From contig OY969926.1 in NCBI GenBank assembly GCA_963704645.1, positions 288,001 through 352,000 of the forward strand: 64,000 bases of DNA. The letters run 5' to 3'. The position numbers and the translations under genes are program-made. The notes under the pieces were generated by a model. That model made no database searches and was not told the origin of the DNA. It was given only the letters and a program-made list of their open reading frames with translations. Below are positions 20,902 through 30,148 of this stretch, one piece after another (position 1 is the stretch's first letter; every line of letters begins with the position of its first letter). Source of the stretch: an uncultured bacterium. GTDB taxonomy: Bacteria; Patescibacteriota; JACMRA01.

Positions 20902-22041
20902 GTGGATTCTTCAGTATTTAAAATTTTTTCCAAAAGCAACGGAAGTAAAGCAAGAACAGGGCAATTAAATTTACCAAGAGGCCAGGTTAAAACTCCAGTT
21001 TTTATGCCAATTGGAACAGTGGGTAGTGTAAAAACAATTTCTAAGTTTGAACTAGAAAAACTAGATGCCCAAATTATTTTAGGAAATACATATCATTTGT
21101 GGCTTAAACCCGGGTTAGATATTATGGAAAATGCCGGAGGTCTTCATAAATTTGTGTCTTGGGATAGACCAATTTTAACCGATTCCGGTGGTTTTCAAGC
21201 TTTTTCTTTATCAAAACTGCGTAAATTTACGGAAGAAGGTGTTAAATTTAGAGTAGAAAAAAGCGGAGATAAAAAGTTTCTTTCGCCAGAAGTTAGCATG
21301 CAAATTCAAAGCATATTAGGCAGTGATATTGCTCTGGTTTTAGACCAATGTTTAGAAGCCGAAGTTAGCAAAGATGATGCCAAAAGAGCCATGTTAAGAA
21401 CCAGAAGATGGGCTGAAAGAAGTAAAATTGAATTCGAAAAAATAAGACAGCAAAAACCTCATCAAAACTTGTTGTTTGGTATTCCTCAAGGTGCACAGTT
21501 TAATGATTTAAGAAAAGAATCGGCCTTACGTACCATGGAGCTTGATTTCCCAGGGTATTCTATAGGAGGTGTGGCTAATGGAGGCGAACCTGAAGAAATA
21601 ATGTACGCCCAAGTATTGGCCCAAACAGAAATTTTAGAAGAGGAAAAACCAAAACATTTATTAGGAGTTGGAACCCCAAAAGATATTGTGCAAATGGTAG
21701 CTCGTGGCATTGATATGTTTGACTGTGTTTACCCAACTAGAAACGCTCGTCACGGTTCGTTAATGTTTAGACTAGATGAATATTCTTATGAAAATGTGCA
21801 AATTTCTAGTGTAAAATACCAACAAGATTTTTCTGCAATAAACCCTGAGTCAATTTTTGAGGAATTAAGAACATATTCGAAAGCTTATTTGTGCCATTTA
21901 TTTAGAGCCAACGAAATTTTAGCCCTTCGCCTAGCAACTCTGCACAACCTAGAATTTTACTTAAATTTAATGAAAGAAATTAGAACCAGAATTGAAGAAA
22001 ATAAGTTTGAAGGTTGGTGGCAAAAATTCAACCGAAAGTAG
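20902..22041 (+). CDS. tgt: tRNA-guanine transglycosylase
   Basis: TPVFMP.GT, LGNTYHL, TDSGGFQ, DMFDCV.PTRNAR, HNL. Confidence 0.97.
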   Translation: MDSSVFKIFSKSNGSKARTGQLNLPRGQVKTPVFMPIGTVGSVKTISKFELEKLDAQIILGNTYHLWLKPGLDIMENAGGLHKFVSWDRPILTDSGGFQAFSLSKLRKFTEEGVKFRVEKSGDKKFLSPEVSMQIQSILGSDIALVLDQCLEAEVSKDDAKRAMLRTRRWAERSKIEFEKIRQQKPHQNLLFGIPQGAQFNDLRKESALRTMELDFPGYSIGGVANGGEPEEIMYAQVLAQTEILEEEKPKHLLGVGTPKDIVQMVARGIDMFDCVYPTRNARHGSLMFRLDEYSYENVQISSVKYQQDFSAINPESIFEELRTYSKAYLCHLFRANEILALRLATLHNLEFYLNLMKEIRTRIEENKFEGWWQKFNRK

Positions 22042-22058
22042 CGGAGACTCCCAGTCTC
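22038..22058 (+). repeat. GTAG-type REP-like hairpin overlapping the tgt stop codon
   Basis: GTAGCG-GAGACT-CCC-AGTCTC. Confidence 0.55.
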
Positions 22059-22117
22059 AACCATTGTTAGCCATGAAATACGCATATCTCCACCTCGATT
22101 TGAAATGGTGAAATTAT

Positions 22118-22142
22118 GTAGGGGCGATGTTCACCATCGCCT
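22118..22142 (+). repeat. GTAG-type REP-like hairpin
   Basis: GTAGG-GGCGATG-TTCAC-CATCGCC-T. Confidence 0.65.
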
Positions 22143-22272
22143 TTCACGTTTTGTAATCAAAAATTATAAAATAAAACAGCAAGATAAGTATATCTTAACA
22201 CAAGCACATTTGCCCAATTAAAAACACCCAAACTTCAAGGGAAGAATGGGTTAATAAAAGACTTATCTAAAT

Positions 22273-22590
22273 TCAGCTATAATAATCATTCATAAACTTT
22301 GTGAATCCATCATAAGTGTAGTTGCATGGAATTCCAACTACAATCATAAATACTCCTTCGGTGTAACGTGGGTTTATCGATGTACAATATCCTTCTAATT
22401 CAACACCATCTTTAACTTCCAAAGAAATAAGTTGTCCTATTGCAGAAGTTCTTAGGTCTTCAAATATTGGATCACCTTTTAAAAAAGCTGCAACGGCATA
22501 ATCTGGAATGTTATCTTGAGGGATATATTGTCTCTTCTCTCCAACTGGATCTACCCATATCTCAACTCTTTCTAATGGTTGATTTGCCAT
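22273..22590 (-). CDS. Hypothetical protein
   Basis: 105-aa ORF with ATG start, followed by a hairpin plus T-run at about 22220-22252. Confidence 0.6.
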   Translation of the reverse strand: MANQPLERVEIWVDPVGEKRQYIPQDNIPDYAVAAFLKGDPIFEDLRTSAIGQLISLEVKDGVELEGYCTSINPRYTEGVFMIVVGIPCNYTYDGFTKFMNDYYS

Positions 22591-22685
22591 TGTTGTTCGT
22601 TAAAAATTTAACAAATGAACTTTTTAACATATACACATTTCCCTAACTTTGACAAAACCAACCTCCAAAAGCACAACATAATGGT

Positions 22686-25370
22686 ATGTTATTCCTAAAG
22701 TCTTGGTTAGAAGATTATATTAACTTGTCTGGTTTTAAAACCTCTGAATTGGCTGAAATTATTACTAGAAAATCTTCTGAAGTAGAAGAAGTTGTGGAAA
22801 TTACCGAGCGTTTTGAATGTAAGGTTTTAGTTGGTAAAATTCAAAGTTTGCGTAAGCACCCAGAGGCTGACAAGTTAAATATTTTTGATGTAAATTTAGG
22901 TGAAAAAGGTATTGTTCAAATTGTATCTGCAGCGCCTAACGCTCGTGATGGTTTAATGGTTCCTGTGGCTTTAGACGGAGCTAAACTTTCTGGAATTACT
23001 ATTGTGGCTAAAAAGTTGCGTGGTTATGAAAGTCAGGGTATGTGTTGTGGTAAAAGTGAGCTTCTATTGGAAACCGAATATAGTTCAGGTTTGTGGGAAT
23101 TAAACGATTTACTTGAAGATGAAACATTTTTGGGTTGGTCTATTTGCGAGGCTTTGCCAGAATTTTTTGGTTTGGAGGAGATTATGGACATCAAGGTTCT
23201 GCCCGATAAAATTGGGGTTATAGGCAACCATTTAGGAATGGCTTTAGAAATCGCCCTAATTTTGGAACAGCCAGAATTGCTAACTCCGTTAGCCGTCAGC
23301 TTAACTAATCCGCAAAAAGTAGTGGAACAAATTAAAGAAATTTCCCATAAATTAGTTGGTAATAAAGGTGAAGACAAAGATTCATTAGATAACAGCTTGT
23401 CCATAGTTTTTAAAGATAATTGCAACTACGCCAACAGTTTTAATTTGTTTAAGTTTGAAATAGAAAAGCATTTCCGTTTAGACTATATTTTGCAGCAAAG
23501 AATGAATTTAATTCAGAAAAATTTGGTAGGTGGTTTAGTAGATTTATCTAATTATCTGTTGTCTGATATTGGTCAGCCAAATCACTTTTTCTCTGTTCCA
23601 AAATTGCAAAAACTTACTGGCTTTAGTGAAACTGAAAGTAATAACGACAGGTTGAACTGGTCAATTGAAAAACTTGATACGCAAGAAGATTTTAATGGCT
23701 TAGGTCAGTTAAAACAAACTAATCTACCGTCAAACTTAGTAGTTTTAAAACAAAATTCTACAACCCTGCATATTCCAGGAATTTCAGGCGGAGAAAGTAC
23801 TAAAGTGGATGAAGAAGACACCAGTTTTTTGGTAGAAATTGCCAGCTTCAAACCAGATCAAATTGGTAGAAACTCGTTTGCTTTAAATTATCGTTCGGAC
23901 GGTTCAAAAATTTGGTCTGGAGGTGTAAACCCAGCTAGAATTTTGGTTGGAATTATTCGTTTGTTTACTTTACTAGAAGGAAAAAGTATAAATTCAGAAT
24001 TGGTGCTAAGTTGGTTAAGCGAAATGGGTAAAATAGATAATCTAAACATTCTGTCAGAAAAAATAACTTCTTTTGAAAACAATAAACTAGATGTAAAATT
24101 AGACTATATTATTGAAAGATTAGACGAAAGGGGTGTAGATTATTGGAAAGAAACTGTGGTTACTAAATTAAGTAAAATTGGAGATTATTATTTAGATAAT
24201 TTGCAGTTTAATATTTTTTATAACCGCATTCGCACCCAAGAAGACATCTTAGCCGAACTGGTTCGCTTGATTGGTTTTGAAAATTTGCAGCCAAGCTATA
24301 TACAGTTTAAAACAACTCCAACAGAAAATTCTGATTTTAATAAAAAACAAAACTGGAAAAAAACTTTGGTAAATTTTGGCTTTTACGAGACCATAACCAG
24401 ACCATTTTTAGCCGAAAATGAACTTCTGTTAAACTTAAATAATAATAATAATAAAAATGATAGTGCAAATAGTGGTGAAGATAAGAAAGAAAAATCTGAT
24501 ACAGATAGTAATGATAAACTAAAAGGTGATTACCAAGCATTTGAAATTTTAAATCCGTACTCCAGTTTACAACCATATTTTAGAGACAGCTTGCTTCCAA
24601 GTTTATTGCAGTCTACTTCTAAAAATATTAAGCATGGACATAAGGAAATTAATATGTTTGAGGCTAGTCAAGTGTACTTTTTGCAGGAAGGAAAGAAACA
24701 AGAGGTTTATGAAATTTGGGGAATTTGTGTTGGAGAAGAAATTAGTAGAATTACCAGTTTAGTTCATTATATAAATAAGTCTTTGCAAACAGAATTGAGC
24801 TTCCAAAAAATTTCCAACGATGGTGGCTCCACCAATTCATCCAACAATAAGTTTAATAAAATTGGTCATGGCTATGAATACACTCTTTCTAAAAACTTAG
24901 GAAGCTTAGAAGGCAGCTCCAATAATTCGAGCAATCAGATTTTGCATCAAATTTCAGTTTTTGAAGTGAATAAACAAACTAAAAAGTTCTTTGATATTCC
25001 TTTAACTAAAACAGTTTGGGCTTTTAGAATTGGCTTTGAAAACCAAATTTCAGCTTTAAGCTCATACCCTAAATACACCGAAGAAAGTGACTATCCAGGT
25101 ATTAACAGAAGTTATTCCTTATTACTTCCAGCCAAGCTTAAATGGGCAGAAATTAGCCAAATTATAAGTCAAAATATTCCACAAGATTCTGTAATTAGTT
25201 TAATTCCAACCGAAAGAATTAACGAAACTGAAACAGAATTTGTAGCTTTAAATTTTCAGGTTAATTTGCAAAGCTACACCAGAACTTTAGAAGGCCAGGA
25301 AATTGATGTATGGCAAAAAAACTGGCAGGAAGAAATGTTTACGAAACATCCAGAAGTAAAATTAAGATAG
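22686..25370 (+). CDS. pheT: Phenylalanyl-tRNA synthetase beta subunit, diverged, with low-complexity insertions
   Basis: KSWLEDY, KHPEADKL, KLRGYESQGMCC, GQPNH, GGE, ILNP...RDSLLPSLL, RTLEGQEI C-terminus. Confidence 0.93.
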   Translation: MLFLKSWLEDYINLSGFKTSELAEIITRKSSEVEEVVEITERFECKVLVGKIQSLRKHPEADKLNIFDVNLGEKGIVQIVSAAPNARDGLMVPVALDGAKLSGITIVAKKLRGYESQGMCCGKSELLLETEYSSGLWELNDLLEDETFLGWSICEALPEFFGLEEIMDIKVLPDKIGVIGNHLGMALEIALILEQPELLTPLAVSLTNPQKVVEQIKEISHKLVGNKGEDKDSLDNSLSIVFKDNCNYANSFNLFKFEIEKHFRLDYILQQRMNLIQKNLVGGLVDLSNYLLSDIGQPNHFFSVPKLQKLTGFSETESNNDRLNWSIEKLDTQEDFNGLGQLKQTNLPSNLVVLKQNSTTLHIPGISGGESTKVDEEDTSFLVEIASFKPDQIGRNSFALNYRSDGSKIWSGGVNPARILVGIIRLFTLLEGKSINSELVLSWLSEMGKIDNLNILSEKITSFENNKLDVKLDYIIERLDERGVDYWKETVVTKLSKIGDYYLDNLQFNIFYNRIRTQEDILAELVRLIGFENLQPSYIQFKTTPTENSDFNKKQNWKKTLVNFGFYETITRPFLAENELLLNLNNNNNKNDSANSGEDKKEKSDTDSNDKLKGDYQAFEILNPYSSLQPYFRDSLLPSLLQSTSKNIKHGHKEINMFEASQVYFLQEGKKQEVYEIWGICVGEEISRITSLVHYINKSLQTELSFQKISNDGGSTNSSNNKFNKIGHGYEYTLSKNLGSLEGSSNNSSNQILHQISVFEVNKQTKKFFDIPLTKTVWAFRIGFENQISALSSYPKYTEESDYPGINRSYSLLLPAKLKWAEISQIISQNIPQDSVISLIPTERINETETEFVALNFQVNLQSYTRTLEGQEIDVWQKNWQEEMFTKHPEVKLR

Positions 25371-25422
25371 TTGGCCGTGTTAAGTTGACAGGAAAAGAGT
25401 TTCTTGAAAGGCTTAAATTCAT

Positions 25423-25499
25423 GCAACCATAGCTCAGTTGGATAGAGCGAAGGACTTCTAATCCTTAGGTCGCAGGTTCGAATCCTGCTGGTTGCACCA
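25423..25499 (+). tRNA. tRNA-Arg (TCT)
   Basis: GCAACCA/TGGTTGC acceptor stem, AAGGA-CTTCTAA-TCCTT anticodon arm, GGTTCGAATCC, encoded CCA. Confidence 0.96.
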
Positions 25500-25520
25500 A
25501 GGCATGTGTTTAGATATTTT

Positions 25521-26498
25521 ATGATTAACATCCATCAGCCCGTTTTGTTAGAACCAATATTAAAAATTTTTCAGCAGGAAATAGAAAACACTAATTCTGC
25601 GATGGTTTTTGACGGAACTTTTGGGGGAGGATCGTATTCAAAAGAAATGTTGAACCTGGGTTCAGAAGTATGGGCAACCGATTTAGATCCAATGGCAGAA
25701 GAGATTGCAGGTGAGATTAAAAAAGAGCTTGCAGGTGAGTCCGAAACTCAATCAAAAAACCAGCTGGAGACTTCTTCAAACACAAGAAATAAAAGCGACA
25801 GACTTCACTTCATAGCGGCAAACTTTGCTGAACAAATAAATAATTTTGAAGACAATTTATTAGATTTGGCAGTATTAGATTTAGGCTTTTCTTCCAATCA
25901 ATTAGAAATAGGTCAACACGGTTTTAGCTATTTACAGCAAGACCAGTTATTCGATTTACGGTTTAACCCTAATGAAGGTATACCAGCTTATGATTATATT
26001 TCCAAGCAAACAACAGACAAATTAGGTAGAACTATTTTTGAATTTTCTGGGGAAAGTATGGCCAGGAGAATTGCCGAAAGTTTAATTACAACTTGCAGAG
26101 CTGGTAAGTTCAAAAACTCCGATATTACTGAAGCTATCTTACAAGTTATTCCAGCTAAATTAAAGCATAAAAAATTTGGAATTTATAGCAGAGTTTGGCA
26201 GGCTCTACGCATTGCAATAAATGGTGAATTTGATTCACTAAATACTTTTTTAAAGTTGGCACCAAGTAAAATAAAAAAAGGTGGAATAATTGCTATTGTT
26301 TGCTTTCATTCGCTGGAAGATAAAATGGTTACAAAAACATTCAGAAACCTAGCTAGCCCAATAGAGGTAGATGACTTTGGAAACAAAGAGTTTAAATGGA
26401 AAATGCTTACTCCACACGCCATTTTACCAGAAGCAAAAGAGTTGGAAGAAAATAACAGAGCCAGAAGTGCAACATTAAGAATTATTAAGAAGCTGTAG
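25521..26498 (+). CDS. rsmH: 16S rRNA m4C1402 methyltransferase
   Basis: HQPVLL, DGTFGGG, DLGFSSNQL, QALRIAINGE, FHSLEDK, NNRARSATLR. Confidence 0.96.
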   Translation: MINIHQPVLLEPILKIFQQEIENTNSAMVFDGTFGGGSYSKEMLNLGSEVWATDLDPMAEEIAGEIKKELAGESETQSKNQLETSSNTRNKSDRLHFIAANFAEQINNFEDNLLDLAVLDLGFSSNQLEIGQHGFSYLQQDQLFDLRFNPNEGIPAYDYISKQTTDKLGRTIFEFSGESMARRIAESLITTCRAGKFKNSDITEAILQVIPAKLKHKKFGIYSRVWQALRIAINGEFDSLNTFLKLAPSKIKKGGIIAIVCFHSLEDKMVTKTFRNLASPIEVDDFGNKEFKWKMLTPHAILPEAKELEENNRARSATLRIIKKL

Positions 26499-26694
26499 GG
26501 TGAAAGGGGTGGTGCCTAATTCTACTTAATATTGTAAGTTTAAACTCACGAGCCTGCCTCTCTGAGCTTGTGATAGATTATCAAAAAGTAAAAACCTCTA
26601 AAGCTTACTTTACAAGCACAATTTTATATGCTTTCAATTGAAAGATGTGCAAAAGCACAACAAAATTGTCATTATTGAATCAAAGGAGAAAGTT

Positions 26695-26871
26695 ATGCCA
26701 TCAGGATACAGAGTATTAGCATTTATTTGTATCTCAGGGTTAGGTTGGTTATGTATATTGATGAGTGTTCATATATTTCATTCTAACAAAATTCATCGTG
26801 CCCAGGAAGAAATAAAGCTTGATAAAAAGGTTAATCCCCCTATTCTGGTAGACGGATTTCCAGTACAGTAA
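26695..26871 (+). CDS. Small single-TM hypothetical protein
   Basis: AAGGAG SD before ATG 26695; terminator hairpin at 26898-26933. Confidence 0.55.
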   Translation: MPSGYRVLAFICISGLGWLCILMSVHIFHSNKIHRAQEEIKLDKKVNPPILVDGFPVQ

Positions 26872-27021
26872 TTCCTAGCTATAATCCACCCCTCCCTAAG
26901 AACCCATTTCCATCTGGAGAAAGGTTCTTTTTTATTGGGTGGAAAAGCAAATTATGTTATTTACAAAACCTGTTTTGTATGCCATTAGTTTAATGCTAGT
27001 AATATTTTTGGGAGAATTGGC

Positions 27022-27615
27022 ATGAAGAAATTTCCACTATGGGCTAAATTGTTTATTTCCTGTTTAATTGTCTTTCTGTGTTTAGAATTGTTTGATGTTA
27101 CAAATTTTACTAATTTGAGACTTATTATCAAAAGCTTCAATCACACTGAAGATATATATATTAAAAGAGACTTCAAGAGTCTTAAAGCTCAGGCCACCAG
27201 AGGGGCAGAAGGGAAGTCTTTTCAAGATCAACCAGGAGATAGTCCTGAGTTCTATAAGCTTGTTTCACCCAAAACTGGTGAAATAGTTTTTTATGGCTCT
27301 AATGACTTTGATTTAACAGCATTTTTCTTTTCCAAAGATCGAAAATATAAGGGTTCAGTTGTCTTTAAGTTTGAACAAGCAATTGCAGATTATACTGAAG
27401 GTTTTTATAGAATTCCGCTTGAAGTGTATACACCACTAGGCGAGCCAAACTACGTTCCTAAAGATTTGTCTATAGGTTTCAGTAAAAACGGAAAATTGGC
27501 TATTATCTTGCCAATTGTTCTAGGTAAGAAAACATTAAATCTCCCAATGAAAGAGATTGGTGCAGTTGATACTGATAAGGAAGTACTTCTAACTTTTGAA
27601 AAAACTGGAGACTAG
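27022..27615 (+). CDS. Hypothetical exported protein
   Basis: GGGAG SD, N-terminal TM; terminator AGCCTA...TAGGCT plus T-run at 27641-27664. Confidence 0.7.
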   Translation: MKKFPLWAKLFISCLIVFLCLELFDVTNFTNLRLIIKSFNHTEDIYIKRDFKSLKAQATRGAEGKSFQDQPGDSPEFYKLVSPKTGEIVFYGSNDFDLTAFFFSKDRKYKGSVVFKFEQAIADYTEGFYRIPLEVYTPLGEPNYVPKDLSIGFSKNGKLAIILPIVLGKKTLNLPMKEIGAVDTDKEVLLTFEKTGD

Positions 27616-27718
27616 AAATTATTTAGTTTACCAAAGCAACAGCCTATTAATTTAGGCTTTTTTTATGCCCAAAATTAGCTGCTTTGACAACCCTAAAAAC
27701 AGTTATCAAGCTGAAGTT

Positions 27719-28052
27719 AGGCTAGCTGGACGGTAGCGCCAATTTATTGGTGAGGAAAGTCGGGACACCGTTTAAATTTATTTAGATCACAGATGGCAGG
27801 CTAGTAATCTGCCGAGCGTAAGCTTAGGGAGTAGTTTAACTACTGAAAAGTGCAACAGAAAATATACCGCCAAAACCTTAAAAATTTTGGTAAGGGTGAA
27901 AACGTAAGGTAAAAGCTTACGCACTAAGTTTGGGTAACCAACAGTGTGGCAAACCCCATCTGGTGCAAGGTCAAGAATGGTCGACCGCGTTAGACAAATT
28001 ACCGTCTCCAGTATTCATACTGCTAGACAGAATCCCGCTTACAGGCTAGCCT
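27719..28052 (+). ncRNA. rnpB: RNase P RNA (reduced form)
   Basis: P1 AGGCTAGC/GCTAGCCT; GAGGAAAGTCGGGAC with ACAGAATCCCGCTTA (compensatory P4); AGTGCAACAGAAA; GGGTGAAA; GGCAAACCCC...GCAAGG; upstream TTGACA-17-CAAGCT. Confidence 0.95.
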
Positions 28053-28067
28053 TTAAAAAAATTTCAA

Positions 28068-29240
28068 ATGTCTGGAAATAAAAAAGAAAAAGCTAATCAA
28101 AAATTGGCTGAAAAAAATAATTCTAACAACTCCTCTAACCCTTCTTCTTTGCAAAAAACTTTTGGGGGAATTAAAATTGACTTTAGTTTAACTGAAAAAC
28201 AGAAACAATTTACTGCAGCCTTTTTTGCTATAATATTAGTTGCTGCAATTTCTTTTGGTGTTGCTTTTTACACCAATCCAAATTTCAAAAGCTTCATTTT
28301 CCAAGAAAAACAAGTAACTGACACTAAAATTGAAGGTTCAGAATTAGATGCTAATTTAGCCAATTTGGGTCAAAGTTTAACCAAGTTAAATGTAGACGAT
28401 ATATTATATGACATTATTAATTTAGAAGATTTACCAGTTTATCCTAAAGCTTGGGTGGAAAAGTTTTTTTCTTTATCTGAAAGACAAAATAGTTTAATAT
28501 CTGGCCCAAGTGCAGACCCAGATGTAGATGGTTTATCAAACAAGCAGGAATTCTTTTTTGGATCAAACCCGCGCAATAAAGACAGTTTGTGTTTAGGCAA
28601 AACTGACAGACCTGAATGTAAGGGCCAAACAGACGGACAGAATGTAGCCAATAATATTTCACCATTAACAGGAGGAGTTCTTAGCAAAAATAGATCTTTT
28701 AAAGTTAATAAGCAAAACTCTAAATTGTTAGACACACTTCAAAATTCATTTGAAAATTCTTCTAGGGAAGGTGTAGATTTTCCGTCTTTGTACCAGCTTA
28801 GTAAAGAAATAAATTTGGAAGATTATTTCAATTCCTTTAAAGTCAGTGGAGTTGAAGATAACCGTGATTCTTTTGGTAAATATTTGCAAATTAGAACCGA
28901 TATCATTCAAGGTTTTATTGAAGACTCCGAGCTTAATAGTTTAACAGAAATTTATGCTACCAATGATGTTTCACAATTAAATGTGGTTAAAGATTTATAT
29001 CAATCTAGGTTTGATACCTTAAAAAGTACGGCTGTACCAAACAGATACGTTCAGACACATAAAGCATATTTAGTAATATTTAGTAAAATTGTAGCATTAG
29101 TAGATTATCGTATTGCTGGAATTGGCGACAACACAATTGATAACGAAGATTACAAAACAGGAAGTAAAAAGCTGGCTGTAGAAACAGTTTGGGGCTATAA
29201 AAAACTTAGTGAAGAAATTGCAAAATTAAATGGAAAATAG
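28068..29240 (+). CDS. Membrane-anchored protein with a bacterial TSP3-like Ca-binding repeat
   Basis: Single TM; ADPDVDGLSNKQEFFFGSNPRNKDS motif. Confidence 0.65.
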   Translation: MSGNKKEKANQKLAEKNNSNNSSNPSSLQKTFGGIKIDFSLTEKQKQFTAAFFAIILVAAISFGVAFYTNPNFKSFIFQEKQVTDTKIEGSELDANLANLGQSLTKLNVDDILYDIINLEDLPVYPKAWVEKFFSLSERQNSLISGPSADPDVDGLSNKQEFFFGSNPRNKDSLCLGKTDRPECKGQTDGQNVANNISPLTGGVLSKNRSFKVNKQNSKLLDTLQNSFENSSREGVDFPSLYQLSKEINLEDYFNSFKVSGVEDNRDSFGKYLQIRTDIIQGFIEDSELNSLTEIYATNDVSQLNVVKDLYQSRFDTLKSTAVPNRYVQTHKAYLVIFSKIVALVDYRIAGIGDNTIDNEDYKTGSKKLAVETVWGYKKLSEEIAKLNGK

Positions 29241-29297
29241 TTTAATGCTTTGTGGTATTGACAAAAAAAACATCCTAGCTCCAAATTAAGTCTAAGT

Positions 29298-29371
29298 GCG
29301 GGTATGGTTCAGTGGTAGAACACGACCTTGCCATGGTTGAGACAGGGGTCCGATTCCCCTTACCCGCTCCA
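29298..29371 (+). tRNA. tRNA-Gly (GCC)
   Basis: GCGGGTA/TACCCGC acceptor stem, U73, anticodon loop TT-GCC-AT, encoded CCA. Confidence 0.94.
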
Positions 29372-29386
29372 ATTTTAAAAAATTTT

Positions 29387-29626
29387 ATGTCAGAAACATC
29401 AAAAAAGAACAAAACAGTTGCAATTTTATTAGCATTCTTCCTAGGAGGTTTAGGAATTCACAAATTTTACTTAGGCCAAATGGGATGGGGAATAGCTTAT
29501 ATAGTTTTTTGCTGGACTTTAATTCCTTCAATTGCAGCTTTCGTTGAGTTCATAATGTTGTTACTACAATCAGACTCAGATTTTGATAAGAAATACAATG
29601 AAGTAGCTCCAGTAACAGTAGCGTAA
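29387..29626 (+). CDS. TM2-domain (NINE-like) membrane protein
   Basis: KNKTVAILLAFFLGGLGIHKFYLG; ATG at 29387 lies downstream of the tRNA. Confidence 0.9.
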   Translation: MSETSKKNKTVAILLAFFLGGLGIHKFYLGQMGWGIAYIVFCWTLIPSIAAFVEFIMLLLQSDSDFDKKYNEVAPVTVA

Positions 29627-29627
29627 T

Positions 29628-29909
29628 ATGCCAAATACCAAATCCGCCAAGAAAGCCTTAAGAGGTTCACTAAGAAAAAGAGAGTTTAATCTTGCTAGTA
29701 AAAATAAAATAAAAAGTTCTTTAAGAGATCTTAGAAAAAGTCTTGCAGTAGGAATTGAAGAATCTAGAGAGGCAATGTCTAAAGCATTTTCCGCCTTAGA
29801 TAAAGCAGTAAAAACCAATTTTATTCCTAAAGGAAGAGCTAACCGTAGAAAAAGTAGATTAGCTAAGCTTTTAGAAAAAACTTTTAACAAAGTTGAAGAA
29901 ACTAAGTAA
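29628..29909 (+). CDS. rpsT: 30S ribosomal protein S20
   Basis: MPNTKSAKKALR...LDKAVK...ANRRKSRL. Confidence 0.96.
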   Translation: MPNTKSAKKALRGSLRKREFNLASKNKIKSSLRDLRKSLAVGIEESREAMSKAFSALDKAVKTNFIPKGRANRRKSRLAKLLEKTFNKVEETK

Positions 29910-30148
29910 GGTTTACCAGTTCTTAAAACTCTGACAGTTTATCCAAATTATCTCCCTTTTTGGGAGTTTTGGTTTTGTAGAAATATATTTATTTGCACTC
30001 TCTTCGTAGATGACATCCACAATTAATTTGAATTAAATTTAGGTGTTTTAATTATATTAGACTATCTTTGAAACCCCTCCTAAAATATTTGACATTTCCC
30101 TTTCAAAAAATACTTACTGCCTTAGGTGAATTTATAGGGAGGGTTTTT

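Noticed and set aside
20601-20921. ORFs 20601-20921 (+) and 20679-20882 (-)
   Set aside because: They overlap tRNA-Gln and tRNA-Pro; shadow frames
26638-26871. Small TM ORF after rsmH as ftsL
   Set aside because: About 200 nt gap, own SD and terminator, no extended coiled coil and no ftsI downstream
29312-29386. N-terminal extension of the TM2 protein
   Set aside because: Lies within tRNA-Gly; the ATG at 29387 is the plausible start
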